Positions 48,622-61,950 of a stretch of 64,000 bases of DNA are shown here, one piece after another. Source of the stretch: Chromera velia (Eukaryota). Where the stretch lies: positions 1-64,000 of the forward strand of contig JAHBMJ010000332.1 in assembly GCA_018398765.1 (NCBI GenBank). The letters are read 5' to 3'. Every line of letters starts with the position of its first letter. The first letter of the stretch is position 1. The translations under genes and the position numbers were made by a program. The notes under the pieces are model-generated. The model made no database searches. It saw nothing but the letters and a program-made list of their open reading frames with translations, and was not told the origin of the DNA.

Positions 48622-49354
48622 CATATCCTTAGTTCTCTCTGCCTCGTCTTTTAACAAATGCTCCGAGAGAAATGAATCGGGTCGATTCGAAGGAGGGGCT
48701 CTCGTCGCCCCCCCCCCTCCTCTCTCTTTCTTACTGTCTCTGCGTGCGTGTGTGTGTCTGTGAGTGAAAATGTTGCATGGAGGTACATCAAGAGGGGGAG
48801 AGGGGAGGTCTTTGGGTGCATGGGAGGATCGGTGGGGGATTTCATCTCCAGAAGGAAGGAACAATGAATATGAGCAGGAAGGCATTTTTCGACTGCCTCT
48901 CTCGATCTTCTCTATGCCTCTCTCCGTTTGACTTTCTTCTATTTCCCCCTCATTTCTCTCTTTTGTACGTGTGGGTGCGTGTGTGCATGCCTTTCTCTCT
49001 CCCTCTCTCTCCTTTGCGTACCTTTATTTGAATTCTGTCTATATCCTTTCTAGGAAAACGATATTTATTTGGTGCGCTCAATTACTTATTTATTTACTCA
49101 CTTATTCGGTCTGTCGATTGGGTGTTTCTTTGGACATGCAGACCCAACAGAGGTTGGCGCATGCAGTCTGTGCCGTTGTCTGTCTGTCTCCATTCATTCA
49201 TTGTCTTCTTTGGACGTGAGAGAGACTTTTCCTTCTGAAGTTCGATCCGTCGGTCCGTCCTTCCTTCCTTCCGTCTGTCCCTTGGATGGACTCTCTCTTT
49301 GGTTTGGGTCGTTGAATATTTGTTTCATTCACACACAGACACCAGGCAGAAAGA

Positions 49355-49391
<37 letters not shown>

Positions 49392-50848
49392 GGATTGGTG
49401 CTGTCATGTCAGCACCAATCGAACTGAAAGGATCAACAGCAAAATACTCGTGATAGCTGAGTGACTCGGGCCAGCGGGCAGGCATACCGGCAACCAGAAA
49501 GAAAAAAAGACCAACAGTCATGCAGGGCTTCTTTCTTTCTTTCTGACTTCGCGAAACGGAGAAGCTAATGGGAGCGCTTCATCTTCGGATCGTCGCGCTC
49601 TTCCTTTCTTCCTTCGTTCATTCCTTCCTTCCTTCCTTCCTTCCGCATGGCGGGGCCTCGATACGGCTCTACTCCGTCATGCGTTGACTCTTACAGTTGT
49701 CGTCCTATCTCTCTCTCTTCCCCACTCCCTTCCCCGTGTGTGTGTGTGTGTGTGTGTGTGCGTGTGTGTGTGTGTGTGTGCATGCGTTGTTTACCTCCCT
49801 CTCTTTCTCTTTCTCTGTCTGTCTCTCTTTCTCTATCTGTCTATCTATCTATCCGACTCTGCAGTAGTTTACCTCCTTTCCTACAACTTTGCTTCTGTCT
49901 TTCCTTTGCTTCTGCCGCCCTCCTTTTTGTGACGGACCAGTGGCCTGACGACCAACTGATGACGGGATGGTGGACAGGAGCAGAGAACAGAGACGTGCAG
50001 AAGACACACGGGGCAGAATGCAGAAAAATGCGCTTGTGTGCGTGTGGGTGGCGCTCTGTGTGGGTGTGTGAGAGAGAGAGACAGGCAGACAGACAGACGA
50101 AGGAAGGAAGGAAGGATCTAAGGAGTCCAAAGAGAAAGGACGGAAAAACGGACGGCGAAGCAAGAAACGGAAAAACGAGATGAAGAAGAGATCTTGGAAG
50201 CGCAGGAAGGAAAGGAAATTGCTCACAGGAGGAGGAAAGGAGAGAAGAATGGTGCAAGACCGCATGGCCGAGAGAACGTCAGAAAAGACCTTTCCTTTTC
50301 TGCTGCGTCCCGGCCATTCGGATCTTCCGAGGGACAGGCAGGCAGTGAGTGCATTGATCGATCCTGCATGGAATCAGAAGGATCACAGCTAGCAGTGGCA
50401 GTGGATCACGGGAAGTGTACACCCGCATGCAGTTAGACCCATCTATCCAACCACACGTTTCTCTCCTTTCATTGTGCCACAAAGGATGAATGAAGAGTCG
50501 CCGTCCTTCTCTCTCTGTACAAGTCTTCTTTCTTTCTTTCTTTTTCTGTTGACCACCGTTCGTTCATGCATGCATCTTCCCCCCTCACTTCTTCATTTCT
50601 GTCGTTTCTGTTTGCGTGTGCGTGTCTCAAAATGGAACCGCGTAGTCCATTCTAGTCTGGTCGATCAGTTGCTCTTTCGAGGGCCCCTTCATGTTGTGGT
50701 CATGCATGCATCATGCAATCCTTCCTTGTCTCTTCGGTGTGTCTCTTAGTCCTTCTCCTTTGACCGACTTCTTTCCTCCCTTCCTTCCCTTTTTCTCCCC
50801 ATTCCACATCATCTCCTCGATTTGCCGCCCGACGGGTTCGCGTGACGG

Positions 50849-50879
<31 letters not shown>

Positions 50880-51123
50880 TTTTTCATATGTGAGAAGGGA
50901 CAAAAACAAGAACGGCACGATTGAGAAAAAGACAAACAGACAAACGACGAGCTGATGTGGAGAGCGCGCTCGAATGGTTTCAAATCAAGGTTATGCAGAC
51001 AGACAGAAACATTGGCGCACAGCTACTCACACCGATGAATGAAAAAAAGAAAGAAAGAAAGATTGGATGGATGCATGGATGGATGGATAGATGAGCGAGT
51101 GAATAAATGGAAGGGTGGAGTAG

Positions 51124-51430
51124 GTGACTGACTGACTGACTGACTGACTGACTGACTGACTGACGGGCTGGCTGGCTGGCTGGCTGGCTGACTGACTGAC
51201 TGACCACTGACTGACTGACTGACTGACGGGCTGGCTGGCTGGCTGGCTGACCGACTGACTGACTGACTGACTGACTGGACGGACTTACTGACTGACTGAC
51301 TGACTGGACGGACTGACTGACTGGCTGACTGACTGACTGACTGGACGCACTGACTGACTGACTGACTGACTGACTGGCTGACTGACTGACTGAGTGACTG
51401 ACTGACTGACTGGCTGACTGGCTGACTGGC
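51124..51430. repeat. (GACT)n/(GGCT)n microsatellite
   Basis: Seen directly. Confidence 0.95.
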
Positions 51431-53409
51431 GGAAGATCCTCTTCTCTTCTCTTCTGTACTCTCTTATGTCACACTAACTGTTTCTGCATTTCCTGCAGGC
51501 GAGTGATCAGTCGAAGGAAATTGTGAATTGATGTGGATGAAAGGAAGGAAGGACAGATGGGAACGAGGTCGAGAGACTGAACAGCTGCGCTGGACGGTCG
51601 AAGAAATCTTCGTTTGCCATGGGAACAGCGAGAAGGAAGAGGCTTTGTACTACTATCTGTTCAAGGGAGTCCGCTGACTCCGGCCTTAGAGGCATGCAGA
51701 GATTCGGCTGACAAGAAGGAAGGGAGAGCTTTGCTTGAGTGCAAGCCAGAGCTCAGCCAAGACGGAAGAAATGAAAGAAACAGAAAAGACTGTGGGAGGG
51801 AAAACCATTGTCCTCTGTCAAACGTGTATAGAGGCAGAGGGAAGACGGACAGACACACCCCCTTCACTTGACGCAATGCGAGGGAAGTCGACTGATGATC
51901 TTCCTTGTGCAAGAGGGAAGGGGAGAGTGAGACGAATAGCACTGCAGGCCGACCTGCGTGACTTCGTACCTTCGATAACGCAACAGAAAGAAATGCAGAT
52001 ACCGACCAAAGGATCGACCGTGAAAGTATCGATGGATTCATTTCTCTCTGAATGGCTGCGATCTCTTTCTCGTAAAGCGTGTCTTTCTCCCTCCTTCCTT
52101 CCCTCCCTCGTTCCTTATCTGTCGGCGCCATCCTGACGAGTGAGTGGACCACTGATTGAGTCCACTTTTGCTGTGTTGCCTGTCTCTATGCCTGCCTGCC
52201 TGCCTTTGGTCTTTAAGTGAACTCGAGGGACAGCAGCAGGACTCCCTCCGAGCTGCAGGACGAGGAGGGAGAGAGGGAGAAGTAGATCTCCACGGCAATT
52301 GTGCCGCCGACCAGACTGAGTTGGCTTTCACCCGATCGCGCATTCACCGACTGATCACCCTACTCTTACATTCGAGGAGTCGTTCATTGAAGCTGTCCAA
52401 TAAAGGGCCCACACCGACGAACGGATTACGGATGGACGGGTGGGGCGGGGGGGGTGGATCCGCATTGTGTGCGAGGAGAAAAAAAGCGACGCAGTCCAGC
52501 GAGGCCAGTATTGTTTACCCGGTTCATGTTTAGGCCCATGGAACAGCGGAGGTCAAAAGAGGGCTAGCCCTGAGGTAGCAATTAAGCGGGCTGGGGAGTG
52601 CACCTTGGAGTGCACTAAAGGTGCCAATCAAGAGACTAGTTCTGACATATTGTTCTCAGGCTACAAGTACGCTGCACTTCTGTGCACCAGATTAATTGTT
52701 TTTCTGGACTTCCCGTTCAAACTCACTTAACTTAATTTGTCACTTAAATTATTAAGGTAAATGAAGTGATTAAGCTTTTTACTAAGCTAAGTCGACTCTC
52801 ATAATAATGATTATATGATGGATCAGGCTAAGTCTGCAAAGTTTCTAGCAAAGTTTAAACTCCAACATTACTAGTTTATATTACATTATTAGAGATAGCT
52901 AATATATTAGGGTCGAATATTGTTAGGAATATTGGCTCTTCGTGACTTCCGACGGTCGTTAATTGTATATAAGACTGGTATAACTAACTATAAGAAAGGC
53001 TAATTAATAAAGTCTAAAAAAGGCTGTGTCTATATTTCCTAGATGCATCATACATGTTTTCTTACTAGTTTTGTCCTATACTCTTTTCACCTATGTACTA
53101 GTATTCTTGAATCTGCGCTCTCGATCCTGACTATTGACATCAGATAAACATAAATATGAAACACTAGATGAAACAGCGTCGCTCATACGCACACATGCCC
53201 TGCTAGAAGTAGAAGCGTTTAACGTGGGGGAACCCTATAGGGTAAACCCGGAATACTGGCATAAATCCTAATCCCAATCCTAAAAAGAACTACCATTGTT
53301 GGGCCACTTGCCTAGTGACCCAAGTCATAGACCCATAGTCCAGTAGTTAACCATCTGCATTGCATGTTGTGACCTGCTACACACTAGACGCCTATACCAT
53401 TGCCCAATA

Positions 53410-56400
53410 GTTAGTTAGTTAGTTAGAGGATGCCTAACCCCAGTTGGAGCGCTAAACTTCCGGGCGGCACATATATGCATGGTTGTTCAAGTTGTTTGTT
53501 AAGTCGCCGGTAGAGTTGACCATGATCAGTTAATCACTTTCTAGAATAGGGAGATAGACATCAAAAAGACAGACTGGATGCGAGCGTAGAAGCGATCGAA
53601 TGACATTACGGATGAAGAGTTCAGATGTACTTGCACCGGGGAGTGGACAGTTACAATCATTTGAATTAATGGATTCCAGCTCAGCCAAGCAGTACAGGAA
53701 TTCTCTTTCATCCAGCCACTTGGCACATAAAGAAAGTCTATGCATGAAGTCATCAACACACCGAATACAAGAATCATATACACAGAGTTTGTGGTTACTA
53801 CATTCATCAGACAGAGCACTGCTTTCGCCTTGTGGGTCAAATGTGAGCAGACGTAAGAAACCGAACAGAGAGCCGTCGGTTACTGTGAGAGCAGATCGAG
53901 GGAGGGCGGAAAAGGAGTAGAGACCAGAGGTAGATTTATTGCAAAGAAGAAACACAAACATGCGATGAGAGGAGGGAAAAGCTTGTTGAAGAGGGATGAG
54001 CTTGGCAAGAAGAGGGAAATACGAAGAAGCGATAGCCCCTGCCCGCCGTGTGCAAACCTCTTCCGCAACTGCATGTCTAGCTCTGCCCTTAAAGAAGAGA
54101 GAGCCGGTGACTTGAACTCTCTGTCGCTGCTACCTGCTGGTGCCAGGGTGTTGCGGCACTCCCACCCCCAATGAACAAACAAAATCTAGACCAGCCCAAC
54201 GAAGCACCCGCAAAGAGGCTCTCGAAAACTCTGGACAAGTGTTTCCCTTCCAGGCACGCAGCATTGCAGCGGGAACGGTATGCATGGTTTTCGAGAGCGA
54301 GCACCACCAGTCGGCCACTCTAGAGTAAAGCAGGGCTTTTGCAGGAAGCAGGCCAAAAATACACAGGGAGGGCAAACGAAGACTGCGAGCAGACAGACGG
54401 CCAGACCAGCATGCAAAACGGAGCTGCAAAGCATCGATTGCAAGAAGATCGGCATCACGAAGAAGGAAACATTCAAGGCAGTACAGTGCGACAGGGGACC
54501 AACACGTTTTAAAAACAGTCATCTGCGCATCTACACTAAGGGGACCCATACTGGCAATCAGACTAAACACAGCCCCCAGCCTGGGCCCCAGGGCACGGGA
54601 GGCTGAAGCAATACGCGATTCAACTGTCTCACTGAGGCATCCCCCCTCAAAGAACAAGCACCCCAGGTACTTGTATTCCGTTGCCCATTCAACCTCTTTC
54701 CCTTTATATACCACCAAACTGGAGCTTTTCCCAAATGCAGAGGCAGACAGGCGGAGAATCTTTGTCTTTTTCAGATTGATTGTAAGTCTCTATTCTTTGC
54801 AATACTTCTCAAGAGCAGAGAATTTTTTTTGAAGGTCTGAGACGGAATAGGCAAGAAAGCAGAGATCGTCAGCATAACTCAAACTGTCCAGAACACAATC
54901 ATCCAGCAAAACTGGCTCTAGCTCGCTCTCTGGCTCCTCTCCACTGCCTACTTCCATTTCTATATCTGCCCACTCTCACACGACTGCCTCACTAGCATGC
55001 CTTGCCTCGCTCTTGCTTGCAAAACACATACAGAGGAGATCATTTATGCACAAAAGAAAAAGAATAGGTGAGAGAGCATCCCTTTGTTTCACTCCAGCGC
55101 CCTCCCAAAATTTAAACGTAGAGAGTCTCCGTTAACCTTGCCTCATACCTCTCTGTACATTTTACAGATCATGCAGATGTCTGCCTCACTCACGCCCTCA
55201 TTTCTCAGTTTCTGAATTAACTTTGCTCTTGGCACAGTGTCAAACGCCTTTGAAAAGTCAACAAAACCTGCCAACAGAGCCTTTCTTTTCTTTTTGCACG
55301 AAGAGATAACAGAGGCAAGAGCACCAACCCCCTCCCTCGTTCCCACCCTTTCACAGAACCCCAGCTGTCTGAAGTTAAGATGGACCTGGGAATGCACACG
55401 GCAGTCTATCAGGAGGCCGAAAAGTTTTGCAAAAGGGTTTATGATATGGATTGGTCTCCATTCGTTGGGAGAGCCTCAGGGGGAAGCAGGGCCTTTCAGA
55501 ACTGGGCAAATGCGCAAAACATTCCATGAAGGAGGCCAGCAAGCATGAATATGCATCAGGTTAAATAAAACAAAAAGTAAAAAGCGGGAGAGGGCAGATT
55601 CGGCAAAGCAGAGATCTAGCTGTACGGGAGAGATGCCTTCAAGGCCGGCAGCTTTCTTCTTGTTCATTTTCTTCAGGTGGGAAGAGATCTGGTGAAAAGA
55701 GAAGGGCAGAGCAGAGGGGTGGAAGGGAGGAAGGGCAGGGGGATGGACCGAAGGGAGAGGCTCCTCGTTCGAATCTTCAAAAACACCCGCCCAATGGTTT
55801 AAGAATGCGCGGAGGGACGGGCGTGATGCACCACCAGCCGACGAGGCGGCTTTCTTCTTCCTTTTCCGAAGGGAGAAAGGATCTTTGAGGAGTTTTTCTT
55901 GAACCCCCTCTGCTTCTTTCTTCTTTCAAGCAGCCTGTTTACATTTAAAGAGGCTACGGCAGACCCGGAATAATCTCTGAAGGCGATCAAATTCTAACCC
56001 TCTCCCACCCAAATCTCTCACCAACTTCTAAACGCGGTCCACCTCCTTCACTTCCTTTTACATGGACTTGCATTCTTCATCAAACCAAGCCTTTTTCATT
56101 CTACGTTTAACCCCCGACCCAAACCCTGCTCCGTCCTTTTTCGGTTTCACAGGCCTAACGAGCAGTCGAGACCACTCCTGAACAAATCTGAGGAGGCAAG
56201 TACGACTGTTCTCGGCCCCCCTTTGCGGGGAAAAGAGGGGATCAGGCGAGTTAGAGGGATTAAAAGAGAAAGGGCAGGGGGATTTGGGAAGGGGGGGAGG
56301 GATAGGCGGCTCCACAAAAGGCTCAATCTGGTTGTGATATTCCTATAGACCCGGCCAGCGCTGTTCTGCGAAACTTTTGACAGACCCTGCCAACGGCATT

Positions 56401-59400
56401 CAAAGAGGTTCTGGTGGGGCGGAAGGGCGTCTTCTTGCTCTGGTTCGATTTGAGGGGGGCAGAGGGAAAAAGAGACAGATGCGTGGTCAGGGGAGGCAAT
56501 GCCATCAAATTCAACCTTCTAATCAGTGATCTTCTCAACAACAGAGAGGTCAGTCAACACATAATCTATGATGGAGGTAGGTTTTGACATCCAGGACTGT
56601 CTGGAGTAATGTATGCAGAGACCAGGGAAGTCAAACCTAGAGTCAAACTCTTTTCCACCCACGTTTCCTTTCAATCCGTTCAGGGAAACAAGGTTCGAGT
56701 CGCTGCAGAGCTGAATAAAATTCTTTTTGTAGGGCTTAACTTCTTGTGTGCATTTAGAGGACCGTCCGAACAACGGTCTGTCTGCTTTAGTTTCGGGCCC
56801 CTCCCCTACAACACCACCATCTCCATTGCTCCCCCCCCCACTGCTACCAGACTCATTGGATGGAAGGAAGAGATCTGTATGGAACCAGAGAAGATTCTCA
56901 GATAAAAGGGAGCCTGTATGCGTGTTGCAGTCCCCAACCACAACTCTATCGACGTCCAGAGGGACCCCTCCAAAAAGGTCACTCAAATGGTCAGAGACCT
57001 TGCTGTCTCTGTGATCTGACCAGCAGCCAAGCACGTAGACGCTAAAGATATGAACCCTTCTAGAACCCCCCAACAGAACTTTTGTTTCCACTACACTGGG
57101 GTCAACCAGCAAGATTTCATGCAGGTTTCAATTCGCTTCATCTTTCTTCTCGAACTAACACACAAACTCCTCCAGTTTTCAATTCTCTGTCATGCGCTGC
57201 CCTACGCGTGCCTAACTGCTGCCGGTACCATTCTCTATGATTAAAATTCTTTCCTTTTCACCCCTCGTATGAAACGTCCCTCGTGACCTCTGACATCTCT
57301 GTTAAGATCACAATATTGCAATCAATGTCACTCAGCCAACAAGCGAGGGAACCATCCTCTTCCCTGGCCTTCAGGCCGGCGACATTCAGGGTAACAATCT
57401 TTACTCTCCCATCCCGGGCCCTAATTGCGGCCAAAACCTTCTTTTCTGCCACCTTCCTTCTCTCTCTCCAAAAAGCTCTTCTCAACTCTTCCGAATGCTT
57501 CAAATTATATGCCAACTCCCACGAATGCGAAAAAGTAGGGCCCCAATCCATAAAATACTCCCTCTGCCCCCCTTTATTGATGCGGGTGTCTAACACCTGC
57601 ACTACCTCCCACTCCGTCTCTAAAGCAACCGAGCCCCCTGCTTCCCTCGGCTGATCCGGCTGAGACTCTTGGGACGCAACGCCTGCCCTCTTACTTTCTC
57701 TTCTTTTCTTCCCCCTTCCTTTTCTACGATTCTTCCTCTCTGCCCCAGACAAAAGAGACAGATCTAAGCAAAAAGACTCTGGAGAGGCTTAGCTGCAGGG
57801 AGGGGGAGAAGACAAAAAGTTAGGTACGATATCAGAGGCAGGAGGAGAGAGAGTCGAGTCAGAAAGAGAGGAGAGGGACTTGCCTGCAGTTACATCCATG
57901 GTTATCACGCTTAAGCATGCCGTCTCCTTATCTGACGCATCCTCAGATAAAATATTTTATCTCTCTCTCCCTTTACTTTTCTTTCCATCCCCCAATTTGC
58001 TACCTGAGGCCTGCCTGTTTGACTGCTGCTCCCCCTTTCCACATTCTCTCTGCGGGGGGGGTAGGAAGGAAAAAGCAGAACGAGAACGGATGGGCGGAGG
58101 GAGAGGGAGAGAGGAAGCTGAGGAGAAGAAAGAAGCACCATGAGAAACACCGTAACTTGGTCCGCAGGCCGCTTGAACAACAGGCAGAGAGGACAGGGAG
58201 GAGTAAAAGGGGTGCCATTGGAGGTGGAGTGAGGGGAAATGGAAGTGAAGCACTGCCAGGTAGAGAAGGAGCAGGAACAGCAAAGTTGAGAGGCGGTGGC
58301 TCGTCCGGGAGAGTAGAGGAGAAGACTAGACAAAAAAGAGAAGAAGGAGAAAGGAAGGAAAAAACGTGTGAAGGAGAATTTGAGTGCCTCCGGCCGCCTG
58401 GCCTCTCACCACCCCCCTTTTCCCGTTCTTTAGCTTCCCCTTCTTTTTCCATGCCAGGACCAGGGGCGGAGTAGGAAGAAGAGCGAGTTGAAGAAGGTCG
58501 GGGTGAGGATGGAGGGAGGAGGTACAAAAGTAGGAGAGGAGTGCGAAGAGAGGCCTGCCTGTTTGTCTTCTTTCCCCTGTTTGTGCATCCTTCTTCCCAG
58601 TTAACAGGCAGAGGAAGGAAGGAGTCCACACCATTAACACAAAAACAAATATACATACCATAAATCCGAGGAGGAGGTTCAGGAGGGGGACGAGGAGCCT
58701 CTGGGGAAGGAGGCAGAGGGGAAGGTGGCGGGGGGGGAAGAAAATGAGATAGGAAAGGGGAAAGCAACGGAGGTGAGCAGAAGGTTCGGGCGGGGGGTTA
58801 AACGGAACTAAGATAAGAATCCATGAATACAAAAGAAGGGGAGAGAATAACAGATAAGGACCGACTAAAAGCGAACTGAGAGGTAACAGGGAGAGAGAGA
58901 CACGGAGGAATACATGGAAAGGATGTATCATTCAGTATACATGTACGGTACATAGGGGGGGAAGAAAAAGCGGGAGAGAGCGAGCTGGAGAGAGTGTGGT
59001 GGGGGAAGGAAAAGAATACGAATCTGAAGACGAACAAGAGTCTTAGTCTCAGATGGTAGGGAAAGGACCCGGGCTAGATTGAGAGAGAGGAGGGGAGGAA
59101 GAGGGGGAGGAGGAAGCCAAACATTCTGTATTCAGTGCACCGTCAGAACTCACCTATCCCTGTGCCCTTCTCAATTCTCTTCTTGCTTTTTTTTTTCTGT
59201 TTTTTACCCGTCTGTTCCTCTTTGCTGCCTTTTTGAGGCTTTTTCCTTGTTATCTCACTTTTGAACCCCAGACCGTCCCAACCACTCCTAGAACCACTCA
59301 TCGAGATGAAACCAGGAAGAGGAATCACAGAGGAGAGCGGAATGCATTCCTTGACTAGAGAATGAGGAAGAAGAGGGAAAAGGAGAAAAAGCAAGCCATC

Positions 59401-61950
59401 CCAAACCGGACGAAAGCCCCATACGGGAGGGTAGGAGCTAAGTGGGGGGAGAGACGATGGATGGAGAAAAATGCAAGGAGAAGACTGAGTAGACTGGCTA
59501 CTCACGTTGGTGCTCCTATCTTCTTCTTCTTCCTCCCTCAGCACAGACTATCTGTTTCTGCACATTACCCCAGCGGGCAGAGATGCGCCTGCAGGCAAAG
59601 GGAGCAAAGGGGCCGCAAGCCTAGTACAGGGAGTAGACGTATGAGTGGTCAGGTTATCAGAAAAAGTAAGGGAGGAAAAAGTAAGTGGAAGGGTTTTCAG
59701 AGGAGTCAAGGCAGAAAAGCTGGCGTCAAAAGATTATGAAAAAATGGAGTGATACAAAAGGGAGGAAAGAGGAGGGGCTGAAAGGATTGGTATATCAAGA
59801 AGGTCAAAGAGTGGAGCTGTCTTGCCAAGAAGATTCGCATACTCATGGTAAGAAGGAGAAGAGGAGAAACGTCTGTTCATGGGGTGACCGACGCATCTAG
59901 ACTGCGCCCCCTTCGCTCCTTCCTGCTTTCTTGTATGGGAGGCACGGTGTCCAATCTTTTTACTCATCCACAAAAACGAGGGTTGCAACGCGTTGGTCTC
60001 GAGGTATGCGGGATGTTCTTGTGAGGGAGGGGGGACTGGTGGACGGAGACGGGCGACGGAGGACCAACAGCGAGAGACGGGGCACTGTAGAGGGACTCGC
60101 ATAGACGGGAGGAGGGGAGTGGTGTTCCTCTGCTTCTTCTGATTACTTTCCTCCATCCCCCCCCCCAAAGGAGGGGGGGTTTGCTTGCAGTTTATTGCTG
60201 CTGGGGGAGCCGAGCCCCCCCGTTCCCTTCCTCCGGACCCTCCATAGCTTTCGACCCCCCTCGTTCCCTAGTGGGGCTGATACCATTGAATCGCCGGAGC
60301 CTCTCTTCATTCAGAGCCTCCCCGCTAGAAGCAGAGTTAATAGACATTGGCAATGCACAGTGACTCTCACCTGGCTGCCCTACCCTCAGGCTGCTGGTCT
60401 GGAATCCCTCCACTACATCCCCTCCGGATTGCTGCTGCTTAGAGAGGCCTGCGAAGGGTCCGAGGCCCCCCTGCCCCTGCTGCTGCCTAGGCTGCTGCTG
60501 AAGAGGGCCCCCGCCTCACCCCCTCCCAGCTCTGTCTGTAGGGAAAGGATGGGAGCCAAAGAGAAGGCCCCGCCCCACTCTATTTCCCTCACCTTCCTAA
60601 AGCTTTTGACGGTGCTTGTGTAGCACCTCTGCAGTGCTTGGGGTGCCTGCAGTGACCTCCTCGTAGGTTTTCTGAAGGTGCAACTTCCTAGAGCTAGGCA
60701 GGGGCTGCTGCAGGTGTTCTTCGTCCATTGATGGCGGAAACTCCCCCCCCTGTTGCCCCCCAATCGAAACCATTCTCTATTTTGTCTTGAAGGCTCGCAG
60801 CCTGTCCGTCAGTCCCTCTCTCTTCCTCTCAATGGGTTCAGCTGCCAAATAGAAATCTGAGTGGATATCCGAGTAAAGAGCCTGCAGATTCATCTGCATC
60901 TCCGAGGCCTCTCCCCTGTCTATCGTCATCCGAGCTCTATCAACCCACCCCCAGAAGCGGTAAACTTTTTTTAAGGGGGGTCGAGGCAGGGTGTACTAAT
61001 ATTTGTGCATTTTCTCCTGAGGGAAGGGGGATGACAATCGGTTCTCCGTACTACATGCAGCCTCAACTGGATGCGCAGACTGTCTACGAAACGAAGGAAG
61101 TTGAAAGCAATCACGGGGGTGAATTTCAGTTCACCTGTGTATGACGGGCCCGCCCGGGAACCTTTATCTTCTCTGTAGAAGAAATCTTGGTACTTCCACT
61201 CTGAATTCCAAACCCCCTTCGTCACCCATTCGTCTTCACCTGTGTGTTTGTCTTCAACACCGTTCTTCAGGTAGTAGAGGAGGGAGACGAGATGTCAGAT
61301 GGGGGAAAAAAAGTACGTGGTCTGAAGATGCTGCCTATTACGGAGCCACTGGCCATCCTTCAGAGCCCCAATCCCCTCTGCCCTCTCCCTGTCTTCTTCT
61401 GTGAGGAGAATATGGAATAGGAGGCCACGGGATCGGATCATAACCCACCTATTTTTCTCCCTCTGTTCCTTTGCCTCTTTTTCTACCCAATTCAGGAGGT
61501 TTTCTGCTCTTTCTTTGTCCATATCCTCACGGATCTCCTAGAGTTTTGCATCCGTTCTATCCTTTGACTGCTAAATCAACTCATCCGCCCTCTTCTCCAT
61601 GATGGTGCAACTCTCAAATTTAGTCACCACCTTCAGAACGGCGTCAATTTTCTGGTTGGTTGAGGTTTTCCCAGACTGACCGGGCTGATGAGAGACGGAG
61701 ACAGCATTTCAATTCTTTGCCTTTGCGCTTTTTGTCTCCTCTTCCGAGGGAGAAGTTTTTGCTGAAGTGTCTTCCTCCAACATCAGGAGGGAGCACGCCA
61801 CAGGCAGGCCCTTCAGAGCCGAAGAGGAAGAGAAAAAACTGAGACGGACTGACAAAAGTGATTGATGGTGTACAGCAGTTGGGATCTCTGTCAATTTTCA
61901 AGTGTTGAAAGTCTCTGAGGGACCACAAGGGTCAGTAAGTGCCCATATTA
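53410..61950 (-). mobile_element. Apparently full-length non-LTR retrotransposon (LINE; APE + RT + C-terminal Cys/His finger) carrying a chromodomain; degenerate
   Basis: Bounded by a 47-bp direct repeat (53363-53409 and 61951-61997). The 3' tail is (TAAC)n at 53410-53426. ORF2 fragments show APE, RT and CCHC motifs. The 5' ~4 kb holds fragmented ORF1-like or low-complexity coding sequence. Confidence 0.9.
53530..57752 (-). pseudogene. LINE ORF2: chromodomain, APE endonuclease, reverse transcriptase and CCHC finger, with multiple stops and frameshifts
   Basis: Chromodomain EWEVVQVLDTR...EYFMDW...SWE..NL. APE motifs IVTLNVAGL, IVILTE, GGVCVLV, VVVGDCN, IIDYVL and PDH. RT motifs KAAGLEGI, WRPI, FVDFSKAFDTVPR, GVKQRDALSPILF, YADD (54876-54865), INLKKTK and YKYLG. 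C-terminal C..C...DDFMH...C. Confidence 0.9.

Noticed and set aside
47200..52700. Many short ORFs suggesting a gene between the CCCH gene and the LINE
   Set aside because: I found no recognisable domain and no phase-consistent exon chain. The sequence is dominated by microsatellites and intron/UTR-like tracts. A gene cannot be excluded but is unsupported.
59930..59980. Possible degenerate zinc knuckle in LINE ORF1 (LWMSKKIGHRASHT)
   Set aside because: Only the GH core matches and none of the cysteines is present, so it is too weak without a consensus.
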